DNA of 64,000 nucleotides, taken from contig CBDBLV010000004.1 of the NCBI GenBank assembly GCA_965207225.1, forward strand, positions 288,001-352,000, written 5' to 3'. Of this stretch, positions 51,063-61,574 are shown one piece after another. A program made the translations under genes and the position numbers. The notes under the pieces were generated by a model. That model saw nothing but the letters and a program-made list of their open reading frames with translations. It had not been told where the DNA came from and ran no database searches. Every line of letters begins with the position of its first letter. The first letter of the stretch is position 1. This DNA is from Dehalococcoidia bacterium. GTDB taxonomy: Bacteria > Chloroflexota > Dehalococcoidia > Plut-88900.

Positions 51063-53150
51063 ATGGGACTTAGACTTGGGGTCGACATCGGAGGAACTTT
51101 CACGGACCTCGCAGTAGTCGACGAAGATACCGGCGAGCAGACCACTTATAAACTCTCCTCAACGCCTTCCGACTACTCAGCCGCCGTAATTGAGGCCATA
51201 AAGGCTCTCTCTACCGACCACGGCATCGCACCGTCTTCCCTGTCATTCCTTTCCCACGCAACCACCGTAGTGACCAACGCCATCCTGGAGTCGAAGGGCG
51301 CCCGAGCTGCGCTGATTACCACCGACGGCTTTCGGGACATTCTTGAGATCCGGAGACAGTCTCGTGCGAAGCTGTACGACATTTTTCAGCCTCCACCCCA
51401 AGTGATCATCCCCAGGCACCTGCGCCTGGAGGTCTCCGAGCGGATCGATGCCTACGGAGACGTTTATAAGCCATTAGACGAGTCCGAGCTTGACCGAATC
51501 GTAGCCTTTCTGAAGGCCCATGAAGTCAAGGCCGTTGCGGTGTCCCTGCTCTTCTCCTTCCTGAACCCCGTTCACGAGCAGGCCATAGGGGAAGTTCTGC
51601 GTCGGGAGCTTCCGGAAGTCCGGACCTTCCTCTCCTCAGAGGTGCTCCCGGAGATGCGGGAATACGAGCGCAGCAGCACCGTGGCCGTTTGCGCTTACGT
51701 GGCTCCTGTCCTGGAAGGTTACCTGAAGCGCCTCAATGACTTTCTAGCCACAGACAATTATCCGTCGCTCTACCTGACGGGTTCCAGCGGCGGCGTATTC
51801 AGCGTAGAAGAGGGATTGCGGGTGCCGGCCATGCTGACAGAGTCTGGGCCGGCGGCGGGGGTTACTGCAACCGTTGCACTAGGCAACGTGCTGGGGCTGG
51901 ACCAGCTCATCTCATTCGACATGGGGGGCACCACTGCCAAGGCGTCCCTGGTGAACAATGGTGAGGTAAGCGTCACCACGGAGTACGAGGTCGGGGGGTC
52001 GGGCAACGTTCGGCGCTGGTTGCAGGGAACCGGCTATCCCATCAAGGTGCCGGTTGTAGACCTCGCGGAGGTTAGCGCAGGTGGCGGCAGCATAGCCTGG
52101 CTGGACGATGCGGGAGGCCTGAGAGTTGGGCCACAGAGTGCGGGCGCATCGCCGGGGCCTGCATGCTACGGACTCGGGGGGCAGGACCCGACGGTAACGG
52201 ATGCAGATGCGGTGCTCGGGTATCTGGATCCTGGACACTTTCTCGGGGGACGGATGGCCTTATCACTGGACGGTGCGGCAAAATCTATTGAAAAGACCGT
52301 TGGCAAGCCCCTTGGCCTGGAGTTGATGCAGGCGGCCCAGGGCATCGTGGACATCGTCAACTCCAACATGGCCGACGCCATACGCATGATTTCAATCGAG
52401 AGGGGCCACGACCCCCGGGAATACGCTTTAGTCGCTTTCGGGGGTGCGGGTCCCGTCCATGCGGGGCGTATCGGCGAGGAGTTGGGGATCAAGAAGGTAA
52501 TCATTCCACCAAATCCAGGGGTCTTTTCCGCCATGGGCCTCGTGTGCACGGACTTGAAGCGGGACTATGTGCGCAGCCTGTACACCCTTATGGCCGAAGA
52601 CGGTGTAGACGACCAGATGCGGCAGGTCCGGGACGAGATAACCACCGAGGCCCGGGACATGCTGGCCAGGTCGGGCATATCCAAAGAGAACTGGGAGTTC
52701 CGATATTCGATAGATATGCGCTATGGGCACCAGGCTTACGAGCTCACGGTGCCAGTCGAAAATTCGGAGATCGAAGCGGGAGCGTTGGATGCCATTGCCG
52801 AGCGGTTCCACGCCCAGCATTTCACAACGTATGACTACAATGCCCCCGACGAACCTATCCAGCTAGTGAACCTCCGGGTATCGGCTATCGGGAAGTTTGG
52901 GGCAGACTTCATCGCTTCCCGGAATTCCAATGGGAGAGGTAGTGGGAGCATATCGCCTCGCTCCCATCGAGAAATCTATTTCAAGGAAACGGGTCTGTCG
53001 TCCTGCCCAGTCTACGACAGGGGTGACCTGTACCCGGGCGCCGAGATTGAAGGCCCGGCTATTGTCCAGGAAAGCAGTTCAACCGTCATCGTTTATCCCA
53101 ACCAACGGGCCGCGGCAACGGAGTTCGGGACCATCGAGATCACAGTCTAG
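51063..53150 (+). CDS. Hydantoinase A / oxoprolinase family protein
   Basis: GVDIGGTFTD, ESGPAAG, DMGGTT, GPQSAGA and FGGAG. Confidence 0.93.
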   Translation: MGLRLGVDIGGTFTDLAVVDEDTGEQTTYKLSSTPSDYSAAVIEAIKALSTDHGIAPSSLSFLSHATTVVTNAILESKGARAALITTDGFRDILEIRRQSRAKLYDIFQPPPQVIIPRHLRLEVSERIDAYGDVYKPLDESELDRIVAFLKAHEVKAVAVSLLFSFLNPVHEQAIGEVLRRELPEVRTFLSSEVLPEMREYERSSTVAVCAYVAPVLEGYLKRLNDFLATDNYPSLYLTGSSGGVFSVEEGLRVPAMLTESGPAAGVTATVALGNVLGLDQLISFDMGGTTAKASLVNNGEVSVTTEYEVGGSGNVRRWLQGTGYPIKVPVVDLAEVSAGGGSIAWLDDAGGLRVGPQSAGASPGPACYGLGGQDPTVTDADAVLGYLDPGHFLGGRMALSLDGAAKSIEKTVGKPLGLELMQAAQGIVDIVNSNMADAIRMISIERGHDPREYALVAFGGAGPVHAGRIGEELGIKKVIIPPNPGVFSAMGLVCTDLKRDYVRSLYTLMAEDGVDDQMRQVRDEITTEARDMLARSGISKENWEFRYSIDMRYGHQAYELTVPVENSEIEAGALDAIAERFHAQHFTTYDYNAPDEPIQLVNLRVSAIGKFGADFIASRNSNGRGSGSISPRSHREIYFKETGLSSCPVYDRGDLYPGAEIEGPAIVQESSSTVIVYPNQRAAATEFGTIEITV

Positions 53151-53168
53151 GCACGAAGGACTGACGCC

Positions 53169-54911
53169 ATGCATGAGGACATCGATCCCATCACCTTCCA
53201 GGTCATCAAGAACAGCCTTCTGTCGGCCGCCGAGGAGATGAAGGTAGTCCTTGCGAAGACGGCGTACTCGCCCATTCTGAAGCTGGCGGGCGACTATTCA
53301 TGCGGGATTTTCGATGCGTCGGGGAACATGGTGGCCCAGGGCCCAGACATCCCCATTCACCTCGGGTCCATGCCCCTTTCCGTGAAGGCCATACTTGCTC
53401 GAGCCGACGACATTTCCCCCGGTGACGTATTTATTCACAACGACCCCTATTTCGGTGGATCACACTTACCGGACGTGAATGTCATTACGCCAATCTACCT
53501 GAACGACGACCTGCTTCTGGGGTTTACATGCGTGAGGGCCCACTGGCCGGACGTCGGGTCTGCAAGCCCCGGCTCCTACGGCGCTACGACCGAGATCTAC
53601 GGTGAAGGGCTTCGGCTCCCGGGGGTGCGGCTGTTCACCCAAGGGACGTTGAACCGGGACATCGACGACCTGATCTTTTCCAACGTTCGCACACCGGAGG
53701 AGAGGAGAGGCGACCTCCGGGCCCAGGTGGCGGCCAACCATCGGGGCTCGCTGCGGGTACAGGGGCTGGCTGAGAAGTATGGGGTCGACATGATACGGGA
53801 GATGATGCAGGGGATCCAGGACTACTCCGAGCGGATGATCCGCAACCAGCTCGACCGGTTCGAGGACGGTGAGTTCTACTACGAAGACTTCTGCGACGGC
53901 GACGGCATCCTGGGAATCGGCCAGACGGAGGACGAGAACATCAACATACGTCTCCGGGTAAACAAGGTCGACGACCACCTGACGGTGGATTTCACGGGGT
54001 CGGACGGGCAGGTAGACGGACCTATGAACGCGCCTCTGGCTGTGACTGCGTCGGGGGTGTACACGGCGGTGAAGATGATCGCCGACCCCAACGACCTTAT
54101 CCCGCCCAATTCAGGCACGTGGCGGGCCATAGGCGTGAACGCTCCTGAGGGCTCGGTGGTCAACGTGCTTCCGCCGGCGCCGGTGGTATTCGCGAATCAT
54201 GAGATGACCCACCGGATCTGTGACATGGTGTTCGGGGCCGTGGCGCCAGGGTACCCCAATAATGTGCTGGCCGGCTCTCAAGGCACCTCCGCAATACTGA
54301 CCGTCGGAGGGTTGCATCCCAGGACCAAAAAACGATACGTGAGCTACGAGACTGTAGCCGGCGGTATGGGCGCCCGGCCCAACCAGGACGGCATCAGCAG
54401 CGTGAAGGTCGGCATATCCAACACCATGAACTCGCCGGTTGAGCAGATCGAGATGCGGTTCCCGATCATGATTGACCGCTATGAGCTGATAAATGACTCG
54501 GGCGGGGCGGGGAAGTACAGGGGGGGTCTCGGGGCGAGGCGCGTGACCCGGGTCATGGGGCACACGGCCATGGTGACCACCTGCTGCGAGCGCATGATAT
54601 CGCCGCCCTTTGGGCTGCAGGGCGGCAAACCGGGCGCGGTCAGCCACATCACCATGAGGGACAAGGAAGGCAACGAGAGCGCAGTGGCGGGCAAGGGGCC
54701 ACCGTTCCCCATAGGTGACGGGAGCGAGATCTGGTACGACGTTGCTGGCTCGGGGGGGTACGGAGACCCCAGGGAGCGGGACCCGGAGGCCGTGCGCCAG
54801 GACGTAATCAACGAATACGTCTCGGAGGAAGCGGCGGCCCGGGACTATGGTGTCGATCCGGCAGAGATGCGCTGCCCGTACTGCGGTGCGGAGTCGGAAG
54901 CTGCGGGATAG
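53169..54911 (+). CDS. Hydantoinase B / oxoprolinase family protein
   Basis: DYSCGIFD, HLGSM, NDPYFGGSHLPD, SGGAGKYRGG and GGYGDP. Confidence 0.93.
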   Translation: MHEDIDPITFQVIKNSLLSAAEEMKVVLAKTAYSPILKLAGDYSCGIFDASGNMVAQGPDIPIHLGSMPLSVKAILARADDISPGDVFIHNDPYFGGSHLPDVNVITPIYLNDDLLLGFTCVRAHWPDVGSASPGSYGATTEIYGEGLRLPGVRLFTQGTLNRDIDDLIFSNVRTPEERRGDLRAQVAANHRGSLRVQGLAEKYGVDMIREMMQGIQDYSERMIRNQLDRFEDGEFYYEDFCDGDGILGIGQTEDENINIRLRVNKVDDHLTVDFTGSDGQVDGPMNAPLAVTASGVYTAVKMIADPNDLIPPNSGTWRAIGVNAPEGSVVNVLPPAPVVFANHEMTHRICDMVFGAVAPGYPNNVLAGSQGTSAILTVGGLHPRTKKRYVSYETVAGGMGARPNQDGISSVKVGISNTMNSPVEQIEMRFPIMIDRYELINDSGGAGKYRGGLGARRVTRVMGHTAMVTTCCERMISPPFGLQGGKPGAVSHITMRDKEGNESAVAGKGPPFPIGDGSEIWYDVAGSGGYGDPRERDPEAVRQDVINEYVSEEAAARDYGVDPAEMRCPYCGAESEAAG

Positions 54912-55352
54912 CTACTTTCGCCAGACTGACGAACCCCCGACCTTTACCACCGGCACGTTGTCCTGGTTGGTGAACAGGGCTTCCTTCTTCAGGAAGACCA
55001 TCGGCCCGGAACGTCCGGTTTTCGGATAGACGTCCGTGACTCTAATGGTGGCCCTGAGCACGTCCCCGGGCACTATGTCGGCGATGGGCTCTACCCAGTA
55101 TCCCGCCAGGTACAGGACCCCGTCGAAGTCGAGCTGGAGGTCGGGGGGGTCCCAGTTGTCTATCAACACCACGGGCAAGGAGGGCGGCGCAATGACGTTT
55201 TGGGAACCTCCATTGGGGTTGAACTTTGGGTTAGCATCGCCGGTGGAAGAAGAGTAGAGGCCTATCATCTCCCGGGTGATGTAGAACGGGCCAATACTGT
55301 ACTCGGTGTCCAGGATTTCCCGGTTGAATCGGACTTCAAAGAGTTCAGCCAT
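54912..55352 (-). CDS. MaoC-like hotdog-fold dehydratase
   Basis: TGDANP, IAPP, KTGRSGPMVF and FTNQ. Confidence 0.8.
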   Translation of the reverse strand: MAELFEVRFNREILDTEYSIGPFYITREMIGLYSSSTGDANPKFNPNGGSQNVIAPPSLPVVLIDNWDPPDLQLDFDGVLYLAGYWVEPIADIVPGDVLRATIRVTDVYPKTGRSGPMVFLKKEALFTNQDNVPVVKVGGSSVWRK

Positions 55353-55357
55353 GGCAG

Positions 55358-56011
55358 CTACCGGGCCGGGGCGAGGTCTTCCAGCCGGACTGCTTCGAAA
55401 GCGCCCTTTTTGAGCTCTTCGACCAACTCTTCCATATTGTCGACTGAGGTTTCGAATCGGGTTGCGTATTTGCCTATGGCGTTGACAAAGTGGGCATCAC
55501 TCCCCCCGATACCCCTAAAGCCCCGCTGTTCCGCCAACTCCTGGGCCCTCTCGTTCTCTGCGGTCGAGCTGCCGCCGTTCAGGATCTCCACCACTTGAAC
55601 GTCGGGCGCCGATGCACCATTTTCGATGAACTCACGAAGCCCGATCCTCTTGCGGCCGGGGTGGGCGGGGACACAAAAGGCGCCCGAAGCGTGAGCTTCT
55701 CGAACGAGGGCCACTGCGTCCATTGTCACGTCAGTAAAGTCGAACTTGTTTAGCAGGTAGTCGTTGACCCCGTACACAAGGATATGGCCCCGGTTGGTGT
55801 CCAGCTCAGTGGCCTTGAATATCCGGATGCTGTACTCCTCCTCGAGGTCAGAGTAGTCCCCGTCCTTGTCGAAGCCACGGTGCTCGGTGAGGACTATCGC
55901 GTCCAGGGATCCCTTCTTCCTGACCACTTTGGAGATCCACTTGGCATATTGTTCAACCGTCGCCCGAGAGTCGTCGGAGAAGACGGAGTGGGAGTGCATG
56001 TCGATGATCAT
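55358..56011 (-). CDS. PHP-domain metallophosphoesterase family protein
   Basis: IDMHSHS, LTEH, GHILVYG, AHP and GGSDAH. Confidence 0.88.
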   Translation of the reverse strand: MIIDMHSHSVFSDDSRATVEQYAKWISKVVRKKGSLDAIVLTEHRGFDKDGDYSDLEEEYSIRIFKATELDTNRGHILVYGVNDYLLNKFDFTDVTMDAVALVREAHASGAFCVPAHPGRKRIGLREFIENGASAPDVQVVEILNGGSSTAENERAQELAEQRGFRGIGGSDAHFVNAIGKYATRFETSVDNMEELVEELKKGAFEAVRLEDLAPAR

Positions 56012-56102
56012 ATAGGCTGGTACCCGCTAGTTTAGGTTCGGGAGCGCGGAGCTACTTTAGCAACGGGCCAAATCGGGGTCAAGGATGGGGAGCGCTTTCG
56101 CT

Positions 56103-57116
56103 TCACCTGGCAAAGGCGTCGAATACGGCGTCCAGGTAACGTTCTTTGCTAATCCCGGAGCCATAGCTGTTCTGGGCAAACTGGATGGAATCCACGAATT
56201 CCCCGTACTCCCCGACCCGGCGCCGCACCTCGTCCACTGAGCCGACGACTGCAAATGCTTCGACCATCTCGTCGGGGACGGCCTCTATGACTTCAGGGCA
56301 ATAACCCTTCTCCAGGAAGATGTCCCTGATGTTCGCGGCCTCTTTCCCAAAACCGTGCCAGTCGAATATGGGTTGGTAGAGCCTGGTTACTGCGGAGAAG
56401 GCGATGGTGTCCTTATAGTCGTGGATTCCCTGTCGTCTGTCGTTGGTGATGGCCACGCTTATGCAGGCGCAAAAGTCGAAGTCTTCTCTACGTCGACCCG
56501 AGCGGGCCAGGCCCTTCTCGACGTTGGGTAGCATGACTTCCTTTATCCATGACGGGGAGCAGATCGAGTGGGGCATCAGTCCGTCGGCGACGTCTCCGGC
56601 CATCCGGCACATGCCTTGCTGCATGGCGCCGACGTATATGGGGATGTTATCGCGGGGCATCCTTTGAGCCCGATGCCAGCCATCAATGTTCACATCGTAA
56701 TAATCGCCCTTGAACCTGACCGGCCTGCCTTTTGAGGCGTCCTCGATAACGGCCCTGGTCAACTGGATACACTCCTTCATGTGGGGAGCGGGCCGGCCGT
56801 GGGGAACGCCGTACCATCGTTCGTTGATGGTGCGGAATGCCGGGGCCAAGCCCAAGGTGAAGCGCCCGTTAGAGAGGGAATCCAGGTCGAGGGCCGAGAG
56901 CGCGGTCTCCATGGGGCTGCGGGTAAAGGCATAGGCGATGTTAGTGCCTATGCCAATAGATTTGGTCTCACGGGCGATGGCTGCAAGAGGAATGAAGGGC
57001 GAGTTGTAGTAGTGGGTGGACCAGATGCCATCAAAGCCTGAGTTCTCCGCCCGTTTGGCGAGGGAGATCTGGTCTTCCAGGTCGGCGTCTATGTTGAGGC
57101 CAAGGTAGTATTTCAT
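56103..57116 (-). CDS. LLM-class (luciferase-like) flavin-dependent oxidoreductase
   Basis: AENSGFDGIW, LDSLSNGRFTLGL, PIYVGA and AGDVADG. Confidence 0.88.
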   Translation of the reverse strand: MKYYLGLNIDADLEDQISLAKRAENSGFDGIWSTHYYNSPFIPLAAIARETKSIGIGTNIAYAFTRSPMETALSALDLDSLSNGRFTLGLAPAFRTINERWYGVPHGRPAPHMKECIQLTRAVIEDASKGRPVRFKGDYYDVNIDGWHRAQRMPRDNIPIYVGAMQQGMCRMAGDVADGLMPHSICSPSWIKEVMLPNVEKGLARSGRRREDFDFCACISVAITNDRRQGIHDYKDTIAFSAVTRLYQPIFDWHGFGKEAANIRDIFLEKGYCPEVIEAVPDEMVEAFAVVGSVDEVRRRVGEYGEFVDSIQFAQNSYGSGISKERYLDAVFDAFAR

Positions 57117-57159
57117 ACCAGGCCGCCGATCATCCCGGCACATTCAGCGATCTCATCCA

Positions 57160-58185
57160 CTAGTTCGCGAACACCTCGAAGAGGCGCTTTTCGTATTCTT
57201 CGTGGACATCATCGGGGATGAAGTTGTGGGGAACTTCCAGGTCGACGGCGTCGCAGAATTCTTCGAACTGGGCCACGCGGGCCCGGGCCTCGTCTGCGTT
57301 GCCGACCACTACGAAGGTGTCGACCATCTCATCGTGGATGGGCTCCAGCACCTCGTCACCGAAGCCTTGCAGCTTCACGAAGGCTTCCCTGATCTGGTCA
57401 GCCTCTTTTTCGTAGCCGTGCCAGTTTACTAAGGGCTGGTATGTGCGGATGGTGGTGTAGAAGCCGGGTGTGCCCCTCGCGTCCCGGTAGCCCTGCTTCT
57501 TGTCGTTGGTGATGGCAACGGTTACGGCAGCGCGGATCTCGATGTCCTTGCGCTCTCTGCCGGAGCGGCTCAGCCCCTTGGCTATGTTCGGTATAACCAT
57601 CTGCTTGACCCATTCAAGGGACCACATGGGGAATCCAAGAACGCCATCGGCGACATCTCCCGCGGCGCGGAGCATTCCATCCCGGACAGCCGCCATGTAT
57701 ATCGGGACCCGGCCGTTAATTGGCTTGTGGGGCCCTTCCCAGCCCCGCATGTCGATATCGTAGTACTCCCCTTCGAACCTGACGGGTTCGCCCGACGATA
57801 CACCGTCTATGATCGACCGGATGGCCCGAACGCATTCCTTGAGGTGAGGGGCAGGTCTCCCGTAGTTAGGGACACCGTGCCACATCTCGTTGAGCCGCCT
57901 GACGCCCGATCCCAGGCCCAGTATGAAGCGTCCGTTGGTGATTGCGTCCAAGTCCAGGGAGGTGATGACGGTTTCCAGGGGACTGCGGGTGAAGCCGTAA
58001 GCGATGCTGGAACCCAGCTTGATCCTGCTGGTGTGGGGAGCGACGGTGGCGAGAGGTACGAAAGGCGACGTGAACAGCTCGTTAGACCAGGCTGCATCGA
58101 AGCCTGCGTCCTCGATTTTGCGGGCCTTGGCGATGAGGGCCTCCGGTTCCATGGTGTCGCCCAGTGCGTATCCGTATCTGCCCAT
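57160..58185 (-). CDS. LLM-class flavin-dependent oxidoreductase
   Basis: EDAGFDAAWSNE, TSRIKLGS, GRFILGLG and AGDVADG. Confidence 0.9.
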   Translation of the reverse strand: MGRYGYALGDTMEPEALIAKARKIEDAGFDAAWSNELFTSPFVPLATVAPHTSRIKLGSSIAYGFTRSPLETVITSLDLDAITNGRFILGLGSGVRRLNEMWHGVPNYGRPAPHLKECVRAIRSIIDGVSSGEPVRFEGEYYDIDMRGWEGPHKPINGRVPIYMAAVRDGMLRAAGDVADGVLGFPMWSLEWVKQMVIPNIAKGLSRSGRERKDIEIRAAVTVAITNDKKQGYRDARGTPGFYTTIRTYQPLVNWHGYEKEADQIREAFVKLQGFGDEVLEPIHDEMVDTFVVVGNADEARARVAQFEEFCDAVDLEVPHNFIPDDVHEEYEKRLFEVFAN

Positions 58186-58309
58186 GCGATGGTCCTCCCT
58201 GGAGTCTTTGTGAGTCTCGGGGCTGCGGGCTAATATACAGGCCGGTTCCCGAGGGTGGCAATCGCGTTACAATGAACGGAGGCGGCTACGTTTAGCTTTG
58301 GAGGTTGAC

Positions 58310-58768
58310 ATGGCAATCAAACCTACTCGGTTGGGACACCTGGTACTCAGGGTCCGGAACGTTAAAAAGTCGAAAGAGTTTTACGGCGGTGTTCTCGGGC
58401 TGGAGGTGAAGGAGCCGGCCGGGGACAAGATGGTGTTCTTCAGGAGCAACCCCGAGGTAGACCATGACCTGGCAGTGATGGAGATTGGGGAAGAGGCGTC
58501 GGGACCCGACTCTAATGGGGTAGGGCTGTACCACTTCGCGTATGAACTCGGGTCATTCGAGGAGCTTCAGGACGCTTACAGGACGGTCCTGGACAACGAT
58601 GTTCGAATTGCCGGTTACGGCGACCACGGTGACACCAAGGGCCTGTATATATTCGACCCCGACGGGAACGAGATCGAACTCTACGCCCTGGCCCCGGGGA
58701 GCGAGGACCTGAAGCTGGAGTCGATGCTGAAGGAGGGGGTTGGGGCGCCGAGCGGCGTAGCAGGCTAG
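58310..58768 (+). CDS. VOC/glyoxalase family protein
   Basis: LGHLVLRV, HDLAV, LYHFAY and DPDGNEIELY. Confidence 0.88.
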   Translation: MAIKPTRLGHLVLRVRNVKKSKEFYGGVLGLEVKEPAGDKMVFFRSNPEVDHDLAVMEIGEEASGPDSNGVGLYHFAYELGSFEELQDAYRTVLDNDVRIAGYGDHGDTKGLYIFDPDGNEIELYALAPGSEDLKLESMLKEGVGAPSGVAG

Positions 58769-58879
58769 GCTGCACCCGCCCTATGCTATAATCGCCCACG
58801 ATTTCACCCCCGGCACACTGGCTTTCTGCAGTGTCACTGGGGGTCCGGCCCGTACCTGCAGCGCATCCCTGGAGGAACT

Positions 58880-60247
58880 ATGAAGACCGCATTGGCAGAG
58901 GAACAGTTTGTAAAGACTCACCCGAAGTCCCAGGCCCTGGCTGAGAGGGCCAAGAGCCTGTTCCCGGACGGGGTGACGCACGATGGGCGAAAGCTCAATC
59001 CCTTTCCCATCTACATGGAGAGGCTGCAAGGCGCCAGGAAGTGGTGTGTAGATGGAGACGAGTACATTTGCTACGTAACGGGGCACGGGGCCTCGATATT
59101 GGGGCACGCTCACCCGGAAGTGGTTGAGGCGGTACAGCGGCAGGTCGCACTCGGCAGTCACGGGAGCGGCTCCAGCGCCCAGGAAATCGAGCTGGCGGAA
59201 CTTATCCTCAAGCTATATCCATCTGCCGACAAGCTGCGCTTTACAAGCTCGGGAACGGAGGCCAACATGATGGCCGTGCGTCTGGCCCGGGCGGCGACAG
59301 GACGGCCCAAGCTGGCCAAGCTGCAGGGCAATTTTCACGGCTGGGCCGACGCTCTCTATGCGGGCATCGATCCGCCGTTTGACATGCCTTCCGCGGGCCT
59401 GGCCCCGGGTGTACACGAGAGCGTGATCACTCTCCCCACGAATGATGTACAGGCCCTTGAAAACGCCCTGTCTAACCGGGACGTGGCCGCGCTCATCATC
59501 GAAGGGGCAGGGGCGCACATGGGGTCGGTTCCCACTTCAGCTGAATACGCTCACGCTGCTCGGGAGCTATGCACCAAGTACGGCACCGTCTTTATCATCG
59601 ACGAGGTGGTGAGTGGGTTCAGGTGGGCGCCGGGCGGGTGGCAGGAGACCATCGGGGTCGAGCCGGACATCTCGACGATGGCCAAGATCCTCATGGGGGC
59701 CATGCCGGGGGGCTGCGTGGCGGGCAAAGAGGAGCTGCTGAATGTCATCCAACACACGGATGATCCGGCGCGGGACCGGGCCAGGAGGATGCCCCATCCC
59801 GGCACCTTCAACGCCAACCCCGTATCGCTGGCCGCGGGAATTGCATGCCTGAATATAATCGCCACGGGGGAACCCCACCGTATTGCGAACGCTGCAGCAG
59901 AGACGATTAGGCAGCAGATGCACGCGGCGATACAGGAGCGGGGAATCTCGGGGTTCTGCTACGGGGATGCGTCGATGTTCCACGTATATCTCGGGGACAC
60001 GGACTCGGACCCCACGCAGTATTCCAAGCTACCCGCAGCGACGGCGGAGACCCTGTTCAAGGGTGGCAACGGCCTGGCCACGGGGAACCTGAGGAAGCAG
60101 ATGCTGTTCAACGGCGTCGACTGCTGGCTCCGCATCGGGATTTGCTCCATGGCCCATGACGACGAAGCCATCGAAAAGACGATGGATGCCTTTAACAAGG
60201 GGCTGGATGCGATTCTCGAGGATGGGGTTGCGCCGTTGAGGGGTTGA
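58880..60247 (+). CDS. Class III PLP aminotransferase (glutamate-1-semialdehyde aminomutase-like)
   Basis: ILGHAHP, SSGTEA, FHG, IDEVVSGFR, MAKILMG and GTFNANP. Confidence 0.88.
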   Translation: MKTALAEEQFVKTHPKSQALAERAKSLFPDGVTHDGRKLNPFPIYMERLQGARKWCVDGDEYICYVTGHGASILGHAHPEVVEAVQRQVALGSHGSGSSAQEIELAELILKLYPSADKLRFTSSGTEANMMAVRLARAATGRPKLAKLQGNFHGWADALYAGIDPPFDMPSAGLAPGVHESVITLPTNDVQALENALSNRDVAALIIEGAGAHMGSVPTSAEYAHAARELCTKYGTVFIIDEVVSGFRWAPGGWQETIGVEPDISTMAKILMGAMPGGCVAGKEELLNVIQHTDDPARDRARRMPHPGTFNANPVSLAAGIACLNIIATGEPHRIANAAAETIRQQMHAAIQERGISGFCYGDASMFHVYLGDTDSDPTQYSKLPAATAETLFKGGNGLATGNLRKQMLFNGVDCWLRIGICSMAHDDEAIEKTMDAFNKGLDAILEDGVAPLRG

Positions 60248-60268
60248 TTCTCTTTTCCGCCACCGATG

Positions 60269-60306
60269 AAAGACGAGGCCCCTGTGTGACAGGGGCCTCG
60301 TCTTTT
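60269..60306. terminator. Bidirectional intrinsic terminator
   Basis: AAAGACGAGGCCCCTGT / ACAGGGGCCTCGTCTTT between convergent genes. Confidence 0.85.
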
Positions 60307-60322
60307 GCTGTGGATAACGAGT

Positions 60323-61540
60323 CTAGCTTTTCACGACGATCCATTCGTTGGTGGGGGCGGAGGTTAGGATTTCGCAGCCGGATTCGGTGACGGCGATGCT
60401 TTCGCTGGCTCCGATGACGAAGCGGGCCGGGACCCGGAAGGAGTGGGGGGTGTGGAAGGTCATGCCGGGTTCCAATACCCGGTGATTGCCCTCGGCGATG
60501 TACATGGGGCCGTCAGTCCAGGTCGGGGGGAAGCCGAGACCTATGGAATAGCCGAAGTGGCCTGACCTGAAGATCTCTTCGTCTACATCCTTAACGCCTC
60601 TTTTCACCTCAACTGCGACCTCGTGGGCGGTGCGGCCTGCGCGGACGTTGGAATAGACCAGTTCCAGGGTTGCGCGGTTCGCGTCGATTATCCGCTTGGC
60701 GGTGTCGGAGGGCTTGCCGAGGACTACGGTGCGCATCTGGGGAGCGGTGTAGCGGTGCCAGCAGCCTCCGAACTCCAGCAGGACGTGGTCTCCCGCGCCG
60801 ATGGCCTGGCGCTTGAAGGTTGTGTGGAACCACCCGGACCTGTGAGCAGCGCTGGTTATGGGGTCGATGGAGAAGGGTTCGGAGCCAAGGTCGATCATCT
60901 TCTTGGACGCAAGGGCCGAGATCTGATTTTCGTTGGTACCGGCATCCGTCGCCTCTATGGCGGCAGCCATGCCAGCGGCAGTGATCTCTGCGGCTTTTCT
61001 CATGTGTGCAAGCTCGGCCTCCGATTTGGTGACCCGGATGTCGAACATCAGGGTGGTAGCATCTACAAACTCAGCATTCGGGAGGAGTTCTTTGAGGCGG
61101 AGGTAGGCCCGGGCGTCGAGGGGGCCGCGCAAGCCCATCTCGATGCTGCCCAACTGGACGCCGATGTTGCTATTGGCGAAGCCGCGGTCTGCGAGTAACT
61201 GTGCTAACTGCGTAGGCGCAACGTCGGCGCCCACCCAAGAGAAGGTGACGATGTCCTTAACGTAGCCCTGCAGGACAGCCAGGGCACCTTCAATCTCTCC
61301 AACCTGCATGAAGGGCTCGCCGTGACGGGGGACTATGAGGCAGGCGTAGGCCTCGGGCCAGAGGCTCTGGTAGCCGCTCAGGTAGCAGTTGTCGACGATG
61401 GCGTGGACGAGCAGCACGTCGATGCCGGCCTGGTCCATGGCTTGACGGGTCTTTGCCAGTCGGGCTCGGTATTCGGACTCGGGGAAGCTCCACTCCCGGG
61501 GAACGGGCTCTTTGAGGCATTCTTGCAGGTAGTCGACCAT
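60323..61540 (-). CDS. M24 (creatinase / ectoine hydrolase DoeA-like) family protein
   Basis: EYRARL, YLSGY, KSEAE, EFGGC..RY and GYSIGL..PP.W. Confidence 0.8.
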   Translation of the reverse strand: MVDYLQECLKEPVPREWSFPESEYRARLAKTRQAMDQAGIDVLLVHAIVDNCYLSGYQSLWPEAYACLIVPRHGEPFMQVGEIEGALAVLQGYVKDIVTFSWVGADVAPTQLAQLLADRGFANSNIGVQLGSIEMGLRGPLDARAYLRLKELLPNAEFVDATTLMFDIRVTKSEAELAHMRKAAEITAAGMAAAIEATDAGTNENQISALASKKMIDLGSEPFSIDPITSAAHRSGWFHTTFKRQAIGAGDHVLLEFGGCWHRYTAPQMRTVVLGKPSDTAKRIIDANRATLELVYSNVRAGRTAHEVAVEVKRGVKDVDEEIFRSGHFGYSIGLGFPPTWTDGPMYIAEGNHRVLEPGMTFHTPHSFRVPARFVIGASESIAVTESGCEILTSAPTNEWIVVKS

Positions 61541-61574
61541 TACGACCTCCCAGGTAAATTTAGACAGCCGGTGG

